The notes: generated by a model from the letters alone, not told the origin. A DNA stretch of 64,000 nucleotides from Raillietiella orientalis (GCA_036172245.1 JAYWIR010000123.1:1-64000), one strand, 5' to 3'; shown: positions 24,901 through 39,000, numbered from the stretch's first letter. Program-made: numbers and translations.

Positions 24901-27572
24901 GCACAGGAAACTAGTCGTAGAACTCATGGACCGAGGCCTTCATGCGGTCCCAGTCATGGAGATTCCGGAGGATGACGCCTCCCAGTACTTGGCGAAGGTG
25001 TTCCGCCGCACCTGAGATGCGCGTCCAGTCCCCGGGCAGACGCAACGCCCTGGATGGTGGTCCATTGTTGCAAGGCATAACCTCGAATATCAACCGGAAA
25101 TGGTCCGATAGCGTGGACGGAAGTTTCCCTCGTCTGCCGACCCCTGGACAAAGGTCGGTGTCAAGGAAGACGTGGTCTACGCTTTGGACCATTTCCGGTA
25201 GGTCCCCCAGCAAGTTGCTCGTGCACATAGCAGCGCACAGCTCGTTGGCTGCGTCTTTTTGCCCGCAAGGCACACCGGAGAGCAATCGGATGTTGAAATC
25301 CCCACCGATCAGATGCACTTTGCGTACGTTTGTATCCGCCAGCCAGTCGCACCTCAGGGTTTCGAGGAACCGGGAACATTCCCCATACCCGCATCCTCCG
25401 TTCGGAGCCCACTCATTGGTCACGCAAGGTCGATCGAGTCAGACCACCTAAGGATGAGCTGCCCAACCCGAATGTCGTTATCGAAGCGTACGTCCTTGAC
25501 GAAGGCGGCGACTGCTGGGCTTCATAAAAAAGGCGACGCCACAGGTGTTACGAGCGCCGCATTGCCAAAACAGACGACCCCCTGCGATCCTCTCGATCTC
25601 CTGGGCGTTCTCCGCGGTGATCACGTGGATCTCCTGCAGTAGCGCCAGGTCGAAGTCACGCAGGGTGTCGGCCGTATCCCGCTTCTTGCCGTCGTCGCGC
25701 AGCCCGTTGACGTTCCAGCAGGCTATGCGGATCCTACGGCGACAGGCGAGCCCAGGTGTTAATCCTGGGAAAGTGGCAATGGGGCTCCCGCCACCTTGTC
25801 GGGCGGCACGCTAGGCGGAGGGGGTGCGTCGCGCACCGCTTCTTCCTCCTCCATGGGGGCCAAGTCTTCGTCAGGGCCGCGCAGAGGAGGGAAAGTTTTA
25901 CCCACCTGTACTTCCTCCTTCATGGGGGTAGCCAGCTGCATGCTGTCGAGAAATGAGAGATTTCCACATTCGCCTCCCACGCTGCCGGTGTCCCCCTCGG
26001 GTGCCAGTTAATCCTCCTCCTTCTTGATCCGTATGCGCCTCCTGGGATTCTGGGACTTGTGTCCCGTCTTCTTTGGTGGCGCCTCCGTTGACGAGGACGC
26101 AATTCCAGCATCCGGTTCGGCCTCACCTGCATCCAAGCCTTCCTCGCGGCCAGACTTCGTAAGCCTTTCCAAGATTTCTTCTCACGGCCTTGCAGTTTTT
26201 GCCTCGAGTTTTTCCACCGCCTGCTAGAAGGCGGCCTCCTCGATCGCATCGAGCGCGGCGCGCGGTTCCCCCTCTGTTTCTTCAGAGGGTTCGCCATCGA
26301 CCGTCGCGGCTTCGGCGGACGCGAGGGGGGGGACTGCTCCCCAGGTGGCGGCATCGAGTGCCTCCACACGCTCTAATTTTACCGAACAAAAGCGAAGTTT
26401 TTCGCGGCACGGTTTTTCGCGCTGCGTTTTTGTTTTCCCCGCGCTTTTTTCGGGACTTCACGGCTTTCTTCTGGGCTGTACCGTCTGCCAGCCTTCGCCG
26501 TCGCCCCCGTCGTCAAGAGTGCTTTCAACCGACGATTGTTAGGATGGCCTAGGGACTGGCAGCTGGCTCCTTACGGCCTGCTACATGGTATTCGTCTCTC
26601 TTGCCCGTTTCCCCTGTGCCTTTTTGGCAGCAGGAGGGACCGGGATTTCTCGTCTTGGGCACACCTTGCGGATGTGGTCCTTGTTTCCACATAAGTGGCA
26701 TTGGATTTTAGGGCACCATTTTTTTAAGTGCCCTGTAGCATCGCAATGGCCACAATATTTGGGCTTTCCCAAGTACCATACATCGACTTTTTCTGCGCCG
26801 ATATTTTGTTTGTGGGGAAACCCAACATTCTCCGATAGTGTGACGCGGGCAGCGGCCATCCCACTGAATAGCCTTCCGTACGTTCGGAAGACCGTGTGTT
26901 TGGCCCAATACCCGTGCACTCTACTGTGGTTTGACAACTCCTCATGGACGCTGTTTTTGTCCATTCGGAGTGATACGCCCATGAGGTGGACCACGACGGA
27001 GCGGCCCTCCGTCACAGGGAAGATCCTGCGGCTGTCCACCGTAATGGGGGTGGTTAGCAGGCGCTGCGCTAGACTTGCCTCTCTGCAAGTCAGCTCAACT
27101 CACTGCCCCCCACTAAGGACGGAGAGGCCCTCGAGGTCTTCCTCCCTCACATCCACTCTTAGCAGCTCCATTTCAAAGGAGCGTGCAATATTCTCATCGA
27201 ACACACTGCCTACCTTGTAGATCAGCGACGGTTTGTAGCCGCTGTTTTTATAAGCAGTCTGCTCCTTCACTGCAGCCGGGGATGGTGCAGCAAAGACGGT
27301 ACTCCAACTCCTCGCCGTTGGCGAAGAGGGTCGCGAAGGGGCGGCTGCCCCCGATTCCGATGGGGCAGGTGCCCGGATTCCGTGAGAGCGGACGCAACCA
27401 CTTTCATGGGTTTTGGAGAGCAAGTCGCCTCTTCTCTCCCAATTTCCATTGCGGTGTCCTCAGGCATTTCTGCCATGGGACACCGGCGCTCCTACACACC
27501 AGACAAAACCACTGTAAACCTTTGCACTAACTAGACCGCTGAGCAATGCCAAACCACCTCCGCTCCTTAGAA
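21961..27572 (-). mobile_element. Full-length decayed LINE copy D (about 5.6 kb) inserted antisense in C
   Basis: ORF1 from 27476 (MAEMPEDTAMEI; YCGHCDATGHLKKWCPKIQCHLCGNKDHIRKVC), EN, RT, and a 525-aa ORF 22245-23822 with YADDL. 3' hairpin at 21961-21990. Imperfect TSD GGGCCCGAGGAAG (21948-21960) / GGACACGGGGAAG (27573-27585). Confidence 0.92.
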
Positions 27573-27585
27573 GGACACGGGGAAG

Positions 27586-27667
27586 TTTTCACCCGGTCAT
27601 GCCACGGCGTTTGTTAAAAAACACTTTACAGTTGCGGTACTAGGCCCCGCTACGGCCAATATTACAT
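27586..27667 (-). mobile_element. About 80-bp, severely 5'-truncated LINE 3' end at the same site as D
   Basis: TTTTCACCCGGTCATGCCACGGCGTTTGTT...GGCCCCGCTACGGCCAATA parallels the D 3' end at 21961-22035. Confidence 0.8.
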
Positions 27668-28267
27668 GGAAGTGGGAACGCAAACTGTGCCCGGTGTGGT
27701 GAGCGGGAAACCCTTCCGCTCCTTTTAGTTGACTGTGCTGTCCTCCGGCCCCTGTGGGAACGTTTCGGTTCCACCTAAGGGATCCTGGAAGGTAGTCTTC
27801 CCTGAAACGGTTTTCGGCTCCTCTTCGTGCGGGACGCCCTGCAGCCAGCTGCTGTAATAGCAGCTCTCTGCTGCGTACGCGGTATCGTGGCAGCTTGGAG
27901 TGGATCCGACGAAGCAGAGGATGTTAACGGAAGGGTTCCATGGAGTATGCAGCTCGCTTTCTGCGAATTGCATCCCGATGGCCCCACCTAAAAAATCTGT
28001 ACCAGGACCTCGTCGTCATCCTGCAAAGAATGGAAGCTCCACGAAACGGACAGTGATCCCTTCTTGGCCCTCCCAATGACCAGTGTTTCTACTTTTTATT
28101 TTTTTATATTTTGGTTTTTTCCCTAACCCCATCCGTTGACGTGGAGGATTATGTCGGTCTGTGCACTGACCATCAGACAGCTCCATAGAACTATTGGCCG
28201 CAGCGGGGCTTTGAACCGCGAATACTGTTAGTTTTCAAATAAACGCCCCGGCTTGACCGGGTGAAAA
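27668..28267 (+). mobile_element. Copy C 3' part (CCHC region, 3' UTR, terminal hairpin)
   Basis: Resumes at (G)SGNANCARCGERE. Ends AATAAACGCCCCGGCTTGACCGGGTGAAAA. Confidence 0.85.
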
Positions 28268-29290
28268 CTTCGGTCTCATCACCGAACAACGACAAGTGCT
28301 CAAAAATGTTGGAACCAAGTGTTCCTCCACGATCCTATCAGTTCACAGCTGCAACAGTAGAAATCGTTTTCGCCTTCGGCACCCTCTAGTATGATTTCTC
28401 AGGCTCGCTGCGAGACCTTAGAATATCTTTGCAATTTTTGCTAGTTTCGGTTTTCTGTAGTGCAGTCTGAGGCTTTATGACGAATCCCTTCTTTCGCTTC
28501 TTTTCTTCTGCCCATTTTCTTGTGGACAAAAAAGTGCATTATTGCGCGTCTACACTCGTGCTCTTTTTGACGATCTCACTATTCTCTTTCTTCCAGTCAC
28601 GGCTTTTATTTGGCAAATCTACACGCGCTTTATTTCGGTGCTTTTGTAAATTTTTCAGGAGCTCCGAACACCTGTTCGTGCAGCTAGGCTCGTGGCAGTA
28701 ACTTGAAAGGATTGATGGTGACTTCATAATGTGGTGTCCCTCTAGATCCCATTCCGTGCAGGTACGCGGTTGCTTCGCAAATCACAGGCGGATGGTTATT
28801 CCGTTTTCCTGCAGTCCAGTGGACATGGCCCCACGTTCCGCCACCATCACCCGCAATTGCACGAACTGCTGAGTTGGTCTCTGAAACGCTCAGCAGCGCG
28901 TGGAGGATGGCGGTATCTTGAATGGCCACAATGAACTCAGTATGCTAAACGGTTTTCTTCACACCATTTAGCCGCACCACGAACTAATGGTCCCCTATGT
29001 CGGACACTTTCCTCTGCCCATGAATAGGCAGTAGAGTGTGCATCAAACGCTGCGTTAGGAGAGTGTCCTTACAGGACATTTCTTAGTAGCCTCATTCACT
29101 CATGTGCATGATGAAATCCAGCTGGGCTGTTTCAACTCCAATACGTTGGATATTCTGCCCAAAGTCGTGCCCAGCACTCTCAGACATGAGAACACTCTCC
29201 TAATACATTGGTGCAAACGTGTAGCCATTTTTCTCATAGACCTGTAGCTCAGGGCTGACGGGCGAAGGTCCCTTTGCAGCTGCGCGGTCA
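28268..29290 (-). pseudogene. Highly decayed LINE ORF1-like remnant
   Basis: Minus-strand GPSPVSPELQVYEKNGYTFAPMY resembles the ORF1 block APSAEAMAEMEAYRKAGYKPLLVY. A Lys-rich tail follows. Confidence 0.5.
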
Positions 29291-30808
29291 GTGACCTATG
29301 AGAATATCCTCGCTGTTGTCAAGGAAAGGGGTTCCCTGCTAGCAGACGTAGTCGTCATCGCGGGATCAGAAACCGTTTCCTTGTGTCCATTAGGTGATTT
29401 CATGGCACCCAATGTTTCTCCGCTTCCTGACTCGGTCAAGCTTTCGGCGAAACGTCCGTTGCGGAACGCCTTGTGGGAACTTGCGAGGTCCAGAATCTTC
29501 CTTCAAGGCTTTGAGGCTCTTCGTCGAGTTGGCAGCTTGGGGATGCCCACGCCGAAAAGGATCGGTCTGCTGATGCAGTTTTGCATGCCGACACTTTGGA
29601 AACAGCGTGAAACGACTCCATGCTGTGCTCCAGCGCCGCTGCTGCCGCAGCGCCGCACGGTTGGCGACAGACTTATTTCGCCTCTTCTGCATACGGAGCG
29701 CGCCATAAGAGGATTCAGCTTCCCGATGAGACAGCTCGCCTCGCTTGTGGAGGCACATTCGTGGATCTTCTGTTTGGTCGAATGACTTCAAAGCCTTTCG
29801 ACAAAAAGTCTTATCTTCCAGAACAAGGCAACAGGACGTGTGCCGTTTGGAACTTCGTTGCGTGAACCTTTCTGCAACATGTCCAGTGGAGAAGGCGTTG
29901 CAGAACTAGGAAAAGTGTTATCGCAAGTGCGCTTCGCCCCTCGACTTCGCGCTGTTGGCCTTAAACACATGAGAGGATAGTGGCCTACTGACAAGGTGGG
30001 AGGTCGTGTGCGCTATCGCAGGCGAAACCCGACCCCTTTGTGGCTGGATGATGAATGAGCTGGCAGACGCTGCCACGACACTCCATAATCCGTGGGACTT
30101 CCTTAGTGCAACGAACTCCTGAGGTTGCCCACGGAAGAACTTGTGATCTTTCCCTCGTTCGAGGACTCTTCTGTGTTCCCGCTTTCGTGGAAATCGAACG
30201 TCTTTCTGCTGGAGTATTAAGATTTCTATTGCAACTTACGCGCGCAGCTAGTTTACGGAGAAGTCGAGTCCGCGAACTGCAAATGTTGAGGAGGGCTGGA
30301 ATCGCTACTGCACTTGCTGTTCGGCTGCAGTGCGCTCCAAGGACTGTGGCAGAAGCTACCTTCAGAGCTCCTGCATCCGTAAAACACCACAATGAACTTA
30401 CTAAGACGCTTGTCCACGCTTGACGGCCTATCGATTGTTGAGGTCCTCCCAAACATCTGCTTCTTTCGCGCCTTTCTTAGGGCATTTCGCGTAATGCAGT
30501 TGCGATCAGCATCAACAGCGGTCATCAACAGTGCAGCAAGCAACCTGGGAATGACTGCCGGCTTGGCACAAATCAAGGACCAAGTGAGAAGCAACATCTC
30601 CTGCATGCGGTTTAAGCTAAAGAGCTTTACCCCTAACTGCCTTTCTATTTTGATTCATATATTGTCCCTTCCCTCCTGTTTCGAACTCTCAGCATGCAAG
30701 ATTTGCCATCAGGAATCGCTACCCCTTAACGTCGATTTCCCTTGCCTAAGAACTATGTTAGCAGATAATTCTATTTTAATAAACGTTCCGGCGCAAACGG
30801 CTTACAAA
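29290..30808 (+). mobile_element. Old 5'-truncated LINE (ORF2 C-terminal region and 3' end)
   Basis: CPLGDF...LRNALW...GSLGMPT parallels VPLGDF...LRIALW...GGLGLLT. Ends AATAAACGTTCCGGCGCAAACGG. Confidence 0.65.
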
Positions 30809-31800
30809 CCAGAAGAATGCAGCTTTTAATTTTCTCCCCACGAGACATATGTTGTGCGAGAGCTCGTTTTTATTCTTTTCTGGAGGTTACCAGCTGCCAT
30901 ATAGATTCCTGGCCATTTTTCTCGACCTTTTCGGTGTTGTTCGCGCGTTCTCGAATGTGGCCTGGGCCTAGGGCTCCAGTGGCGCATCTTTCGCGGCTGC
31001 TTTCTTCGAACGCTCTTATTTCAATTGTGTTGCGCCCTTTTTCGGTTTTTTTGTAGACGCGACGCAAACTGTTGCCTTCGGGCATTTATCACAGGTGTGA
31101 TTCATTGCGCTACTTATTTGGCACTGCGCAATCAAGTTGATCTTGAGATGGACCGACGTATTGTGGAAGCCACAGTATTTGGTCTTTTCCACATACTAAA
31201 GGTGGACGGTTTCACCGATGACCTTTATTATGTGGTTAACCTGCAGCAATTACGGACGGTGATACGCACGACCGCGATGCTGCGTTGTAGCCGCGCATGC
31301 TCCACAAAGGGAAAAGGCTTGGACTACTGCGCATGGACCGCGCCGTCCTTTTTGAGTGTGTCGCGAAGGGCTGCCCTCCGCATCCGCGCTGTGACACTTA
31401 ATATGTTGACCACAATGCTGTAGTGCAGCGTAATAGGAAGTAGTCGACGCCTCCCCAAGGCTGCGCAGGTTCTCATCACCCGTTGAGCCAGATCTTCTAC
31501 TTTGCAGATGACTATAAGAAACTTTTCCCCCATCAGATGCTCATCGCGCGCTGTGGTTCCTCTAGCACGTTGACAGCAAGCAGATGCATCGAAAGGGTGT
31601 GGGCACACTCCGGAGAAAAGTTGCCAATCTTGTAGAGCAACAAGGCGTTGGGCCGCTCCTCACTTAGACACTTAATTTTGCAGCGGCTGTAGGCGTAGGC
31701 GCCACTAGCACGGCGCTACATGCCCACTCTGTCGCGGGGAGCGATTCATTAGGGCGGATGTTACCACCTCCAGCGCCTCTGACGTGCACGTCGCTCCCTG
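30809..31800 (-). pseudogene. Decayed LINE ORF1 remnant
   Basis: Minus-strand GETVHL*YVEKTKYCGFHNTSVHLK matches GETVELWYVRKTTYCGFCNTSGHLK at about 47040-47115. Confidence 0.75.
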
Positions 31801-32478
31801 GCACCCGCTGATGGTTCTGTAAGGCATTGCCTTATCCAATACCGAACGACTGAATACAGCGCACTGAAGAAAGGGTTCAGTGCATCGCGGAGCACCAACA
31901 AACGACGTTCATCCCGCGGGTCAAAACTTTCTACTGCATCAAACAAGGACACCTCCTGGAGCTTCTAGAGCTCTTGGGATTGCAGACCAGCTAGAGCGCA
32001 GATATGCCATGGCATATCTGCGCTTTAGCTGGCGCAGCGCAATAGTGAACATATTTTTTCAACGGCAGCCGCGTGTACTATGTCTCGGTTCGCCGCAGCT
32101 AAGTACGACAGCGAGGAATGACGAAGCGAAAGGGAGTTGCCCTTCGCTCCACTTTCTTACTAAAGATAACTTCTAGGTAGTTCCACCTGGAAACGGAGCA
32201 AGAGGAGCTCTCCGAAATCCCTTAACTGATGCAGAAGTCTCACCTAACGCGAAATGTGATCCCTTCCCTTAAACTCAAATAATCAAATTTGGGTTTGTTT
32301 TCGTTGTTATGGTTTGCCATTTTGCTCTTGTTTTATTTTATCCGTTTTTCCCTTTGTGAGACTGATGAGCCTTGCTGGCTTCCACCCACTTTAAATGTAA
32401 TAATTGGGAGCATTTAGCCCTCTTGCTTGACTGATCAGCCTAAGAGATATAAACGTCCCAGATCACGCGGGTGTAAAA
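31800..32478 (+). mobile_element. Decayed LINE 3' end
   Basis: GTGATCCCTTCCC (about 32257) followed by a T-rich tract and ATAAACGTCCCAGATCACGCGGGTG, the same 3' UTR layout as the other copies. Confidence 0.55.
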
Positions 32479-35400
32479 CCATAATCAGAGTGGACAAACT
32501 TGAAATACTTTCCCCCTTGTACGTCAATTTCCTACATATTTCCTTGCAGCGCTACGTGCACTGTCTACAGCGAGGTATCCAGATACCTTAAAAATAAGGC
32601 TGCGTTTGCAAGCCTGTGCCTCACAGGAGTTGTCTTTCGCCCAAGGTACCGCAGATGGTGTTAGTCACACCGCAAAAACAGGAAGTAACTGTTTTTGCAG
32701 TCCAGCTTCTCGCCGTGAGAGCGCAGGAGTGTGTGGGTACGGCCGCCTCGACATCTGTGAAAGAGGACTAAAGGAAGCAAATATCCTCAATTTTTCTGAA
32801 GTCCACCGGTGTGTCCACAGACCGCTTGCTTCTCCACACCGAAGACTAATTTCTCAAATATGCAAAAAAATACTCCAGAAGGCTGGAATGCAATCGTTTT
32901 GATTTCCTTAGGTCCTGGGGACGATCGTCTTTTGTTTTTCTTATACTGTCCACAGGGCATTTGAGCATTTTTGCCTTCGTTTCCTCATTGAAAGAATGCG
33001 AAAATGTCAACTGATGTCGAAATTCGACAGTTCTCAAAAAACACGTGGTCAGAGCCTTTTCAAAGGGAATACGCAGGGATACGCAGAGCAAAATCGGTAC
33101 TTAATGTGTATGCTGTGTTGGTTCAATGTACATACTGGATCCACAGGAGGAACTTCTCGAGGGAGCGATCGAAGTACCTTGATGTTCCGTTAATGGACTT
33201 CTGCTTTAAAGAAGCCTGGTGCGATCGACACCGCAATGTAGATTTAATGACCAGATGCTACTAGCGTACTGGTTTGCCTCGCCGAACGAGTTACGCAGTC
33301 AATGGATGCTGACACGCCTGGCAACGAAAATGCAAACCAATTATTGCGATTATCGCGACTTTCAAATGAGCATTGGACGGCAGCGCAGCCACTTGCGCTT
33401 CTGCTACTTCAAGGAATCTGCGAGTACCATCCTCTACAGAAATGGCTCCCACAATTTTCCTGAGAACAGGGTGCACGGAAGACCTTCACACGTCTCCGCC
33501 TATTTTACATACGATGGGATACAAAAACAGATTAATGTTCTCTTAATGTTTATAATGACCACGTATACCATGAGAAACGAGGGGACACATGTGGAACTTA
33601 TACCTTTTTGACTAAAAAACAATTAAAAAAGGAAACGCTGGGAGAAAAGCTAATTCTCCTTCATTATAAAATTTTATTCCTCAAGCGCGAGGATAGAGAG
33701 AGCATCTTCAAATAAATTTGGTCTCGTAGAGAAATGACGCTGCAGCGGACAATGATACAAAATCTATACCACATAAACTAATCATCTGGCTATTTACTGC
33801 CAAAGTTCAAGATCTTGGACCACTTGCTGCCACTTATCTTCTCATCTTCTGTTTTGTCAGCGAGGGGTGTCCTCTTTAGGCACTGTGTTTAGGATCCTCA
33901 CGTGAAATTTTAGGACTTCAAAATGGAAACAACGTCTGTAGACCACAGCCGCAAGTGCAGAGCATTTGTAACTTCTGGATCTCTTGTTACTATGCTGGTT
34001 GCTTAGTAATAGAAATCTTTGCAATTTGAATGCACTTTATCGTTTGAAGCTACCATCCTTTGTGGCTCAAAACCTTTCATGCTCTCGGCTTTTTTCATCT
34101 TTTTTTTTTCCCCAAGGTGTGCCAACAAAAAGTAGCGTGATAATGACAAAAAGCGTAGGCAGTAATCCGGAGCGCACTATTATGTGTTTACCATGTCCAC
34201 ATAATGAGAAAATGGCTGAACATTGTTTGCAGTGTACTACACAACATACGAAATTTTGCGTTGTCCGCTGCTGAGTGCATATCCTCTTGTATCTTCCCAT
34301 CCTTCTCCTATCCAAATCAGTTACTGTGAAAGTTGAATTAGGAATCTACGTACGTGATGTGTTTTCCTTGCTATTTCTCTTACGGAAGAATTGGCATATT
34401 GTGTCATCCTCGTCTCTTTCAGTTCTTTTCTGGTATTGTCCAGTTAGATTATAATTAACTTAAATACAAAAGTACACTCGTGTACCACTGATTCCCATGG
34501 TGTTGCCTAACTCAACGGGCGACTCGAAAGTCTACTTTCAAAGCACACATTCATCATCGCAAAGAAAGTCAGTGTAATAATTAAACTTGAGTTGAATAAA
34601 AATGCGAAAAAAAACATTTTGGTAGTCAAAGAGAAACACTTGGGACGCAAAGTGATGTTCGAACCAAATAAGCTGGGACTGCCTCTATACTCGTTCATAG
34701 AACAAGATTGATGCACAGCCCAACGATGTATAGGAGCTGAGATGTTAAGGCCATCAGAAAGAAACTTAAGGATAATATATTCATCAATGGGAAGGCAATG
34801 GAGATGTCGTGAGGAGGTGCGGGAGAGACGTCCTAGTCAGGAATTACTAGAAAGCAGGAGAGCCATCAAGAACATGGCTTCAAACCAAGATTTTAAGAGA
34901 TGAATGCCATATTTCGGAAGTGCTCAAGAGTAATGGGACGAAGGGCTCTTGATTTGTTTATTTGTAGAATATACTTTAGGTCATTTTAACACCAGATGTG
35001 AGTGTAGTAAAGGAAGTGCAATCCGCGCAAACATCATTTTGAAAGCAAAGGAAGTCTCTCGCGCGGATATCTTGGAAATAGCATTGCTAAAAATGCTGCA
35101 AAGATATGAATGCACTTCAGTGACGTTCATCTCAATGGAATGGATTCCAAGGATGCATTAAATGTACGCTGCACAGGTCGCGAACTTATCTCTAGCAGGT
35201 GCACAGCACGCGGTGATCAAGATGAGTTTCATAGTCCGATTCGACGAGCTGTGAACGTATGGTGGTGCTGAAGAATATTTCAAGCGCTCATTTCTGAGAC
35301 AAAGGGCAGCAGACTAACCGATTGAAAGCCAACTGAGTTGAGATCTCAATGAACACATGAACGCTTGACATGAGAAGAAAAACTCGAACATGCGGTTTCT

Positions 35401-36016
35401 TTCTGCAAACAGAATTGTCCGAAACGAACCCGTTAATCTCTTGTATGATAGTAATGTCTTTGATGCCTATAGGTTGGAACACAAAACTACCATAACTGTT
35501 TTTATTTTGAAGTAAACTAACGCCATTTGTTTGCAATTTCAACAGAAGTCAGCAATTTGCTATCCCTAAATGTATGGAATAAGGGGTTCCTCAGTTACGT
35601 AGGTTGCGGTTTAAAATGAAATGAACCAAGTGCTTTCCTCTTCTGATATTCTAAACTTCATCTCGACAGACACTGTTCGGACGGACATGGCGCACTCAGC
35701 ATTTTCTGTCAGATTCTACAAACTGATGCCGAAGTGTACATGCGAAGGCAAGGAGAGATAAATCTGTCAAAGAAAGACATCAGAGAAATGTCCAAAGCGA
35801 CAATTCGGGCAATCCAGAATATTTTAATCCTGAACTAGTGTTGACTAGAATTCAAGTGTTATCAGGGAAAACCGACTATGCAGAATTCCATACATAGCCT
35901 TTATTCTCAAAAGGATCGGTATCAAAAAGATTTTTGTAATACTATATGATGAAACGCAGGACAGTGATCTGAATGATAAATAGAAGAAAAGAATAAATCC
36001 TATTTTTCTATCATCA

Positions 36017-39000
36017 TTAAATACTGGATTTGCAGTGATCCTTTTAATATGCATTCAGATTAAACAGGAAGCAAGTGATGAAGAAAGCGGTTTATGAAGA
36101 TCAAAAAAATCATGATATTTTTCTTCAGAGTATGTCAAAGTAGAATTCTGTTGCAAATATTCGGCCCAATACAACACTTTCAAGTAAGGTTGAGTGTTTC
36201 ATTATGCGAACGATAAGTTCGCAGTTAAGTAAGTGGAACTAAGAGACGAAAAGACTCCTTAGAACTAGTGTCATGAGAGAGTTGAAGATGTGCTCTGTTA
36301 AGCAGCTTCAATCCTCACGTGTTCATTTTTGAATAGTAAATGATGGAAATACATTATCAGTAATTGAGCGTCCCAGATAAAAAAGGAATGCATCCTCGAG
36401 GACGAAAGTTCATCAAATGGCACATGTGGACTGGGATGATTAAAAGAAATCTGCATACATAACTGTCCTCAATTAGTTTCCAAGTGCATGTGAGAAAAGT
36501 AGGTCTCCCCATGCGTCTTTAACTTAGCTGTCACACAGGTCCACACAGAAAATTACAAGATGGAATAAACAAGCTCTTTTATTATTTGCAGATGCAAACG
36601 CACAAGGAATCTATGAACTCCTTAATCCTTGACGATAAGGTTTAGTAAGTTGCCTGGACGCCAAGTACAAGATACCTTGGTTGGTATTGTTCCAGCATTT
36701 CGACCGACGGATAGTCTAAGGAAAAAAAAGATCAACTTTACTCCTTAACCTTCGAATATCTTGTATCCGATGTTTTCGAATAGTTCTGAAATCAAGCACC
36801 AGTTTTCTAGTTTAAAATTGTGATTGAAAAGTCTTTGCTATAAAGCATGCTGTCAATGACATAGGGATCAAGAACGAAAGAAAGAAAAGTACAAATACCC
36901 AAGAAACATTCTAACAGATTTCCGGGAATCTTCAACATATTCAAAACGAATATAAGATGAAAAAGTTAGTCTATTAAAAAGAAACTCAAACTCTGTCAAC
37001 TTTCGCAAATCTGCAAAATACATATTACAATGAAATGCTCAAATTGATACAGTTGAAGTACACAGGTTTGCACCAGTCAAAGGAACACAATTAAAAGATG
37101 GTTTGCTTAATGCTCTTCAAAGACAACAGAATTTACAGTGAAATAAATACTTGAAACGTCATACCTCTGTCTCCAACTTGAGTAAACGAGGTCGCACTCG
37201 CCATTGAAAGGGCCCAAATAAAAATAAGCCGTCATAGGTTGACGACTTCCCTTTACCTAAAATTATCAATGATTTTTGAACGAAGCAAAAACATACTTAC
37301 ATATAGTTGTGCAGTGCACCGACCTTGACCTAGTCCATGCGAACGACTATTGATAGACAGTTCACATGTGGCGTGCCTGTTGTCGAAGGTATATTGGCAT
37401 CCACCAACAGGGGCACGCAGACCAATGACGTGTGGGAGAACTTTCAACCCCACAGAAGTAATGTTTTCAGGAGTGCTCATTGCATTGTCAAACATGAGTA
37501 CAGTAGCAACATAAAAAGAACACGACTACAGTTAATATTTGCAACCAAGTAAGCAAATGCGTAGTAGCATCGATGAACTTCGAAGAATTACACAAAAGTC
37601 ATACTCTTGTCATACAAGCACAGCAACCATACAGAACCGAGAAAAAACCCACAAACGACAGATCTACTTCCAATAACGACTGACAAGCGCATGACTCCTG
37701 TACCAGCCATCGAACAAAAAAAACAAGTCTCTTTCCCGAGACAGAAAACGTGAGTTGCAAGAGCCAGTCTTCCATCGTATTCGCCATCAAGATCAAAGGA
37801 TGCAAAACAGCAAACGATAATCCAAAGAAACGAAATGAAAACCAGATGTATCCTGGAGAACAGAGGAAAGAACAAAAGCAACGACTCTTTCATAACAAAA
37901 GAAATAGATCAAGGAAAGAAGTGACGAACCACAAGATGATACGCATGCAGGGAATTCTTGAAGCGGAAATTAAGAAACCGGCAATGCAAAGGAACAAACC
38001 AATCAGGGGAAAAAATCGAAGTACCACGAAGTCAAACACGTGCGAATAAAAGCAGCAGCTACATCACTAAGAAACCCTCCAAGTGACTAGCCGAACGATT
38101 CGTACCACACCGCGCTGTTTACCCTTAAATCGAGGATTAAGTAGACAATGTCCAGAAATCGTCTAGCATACGAAACAAGAAGTAAAATCATACAAAAACC
38201 ATGCATTGAGAAACCAACTACTGCTTACGATATTGAATAGAAGAGACAGCATCCTCTTTCTCGAAATATCAGACAAAACGGGCGCAGAATAGAGCAACGG
38301 ATTGAGAGAAGAACGCCGCTCCGCTGCGTTTTATACAGATTCACTTGCGGTTTCCTCCAGCACATGGGATTTCCTCCTCCCTCCATCTCCCACCTTGTCC
38401 TCCCAACAAGTGCTGCCATCTCTCTCCTCATGCTGCAGAAAAGAACGGATGATTCACTTTCCCACATCCGAGGACGTTCTCGGCAACACGCAGGCGGAGA
38501 AAATATTCGCATTCGTGAGAAAACTTGCACACAACATGGTCAACGGAATGCTCTCGAAGGTAGAAAGAAACCTCAACGAGTTTGCAACATAACATGCGAC
38601 ATCAGAGATTAGAGAGCTGCCTGGAAGTGACGACCCATGACAGAATTCAAGTCGAGTTGGGAGAAAGCATTGAACAAGATAGGCGACGTCCATAAGAAGA
38701 TTGCAACGGGAGAAAAGCAGCACCTGGCGAGAAATGAGTTTTTCGACACCAAAGTTTGAGAAAAGGATTCCCATTAACACGTGGAGATCCCGCTGGAGAA
38801 TGTCGAAAAGGGGCAGATTTGAGAATAACGTTTGCAAGCGCAAAAACGCAGGTGTACACCACCTGTACCGTCGCAGCGAACGCACCACTGACAACATCCA
38901 ACAACTGCAAACAGGGAAGCGCCTATTGTAGGGCGAAGAAATGTGGAACGGAACCATGTGCGAAGGAACCGAGGCTAGAAGTGAAAGTTGCTTTCGCAAG

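Noticed and set aside
38260..38320. Minus-strand SLNPLLYS resembling a GPCR NPxxY motif
   Set aside because: Not conserved in the homologous copy (SLNLLLNF near 61835), and there is no multi-TM ORF around it.
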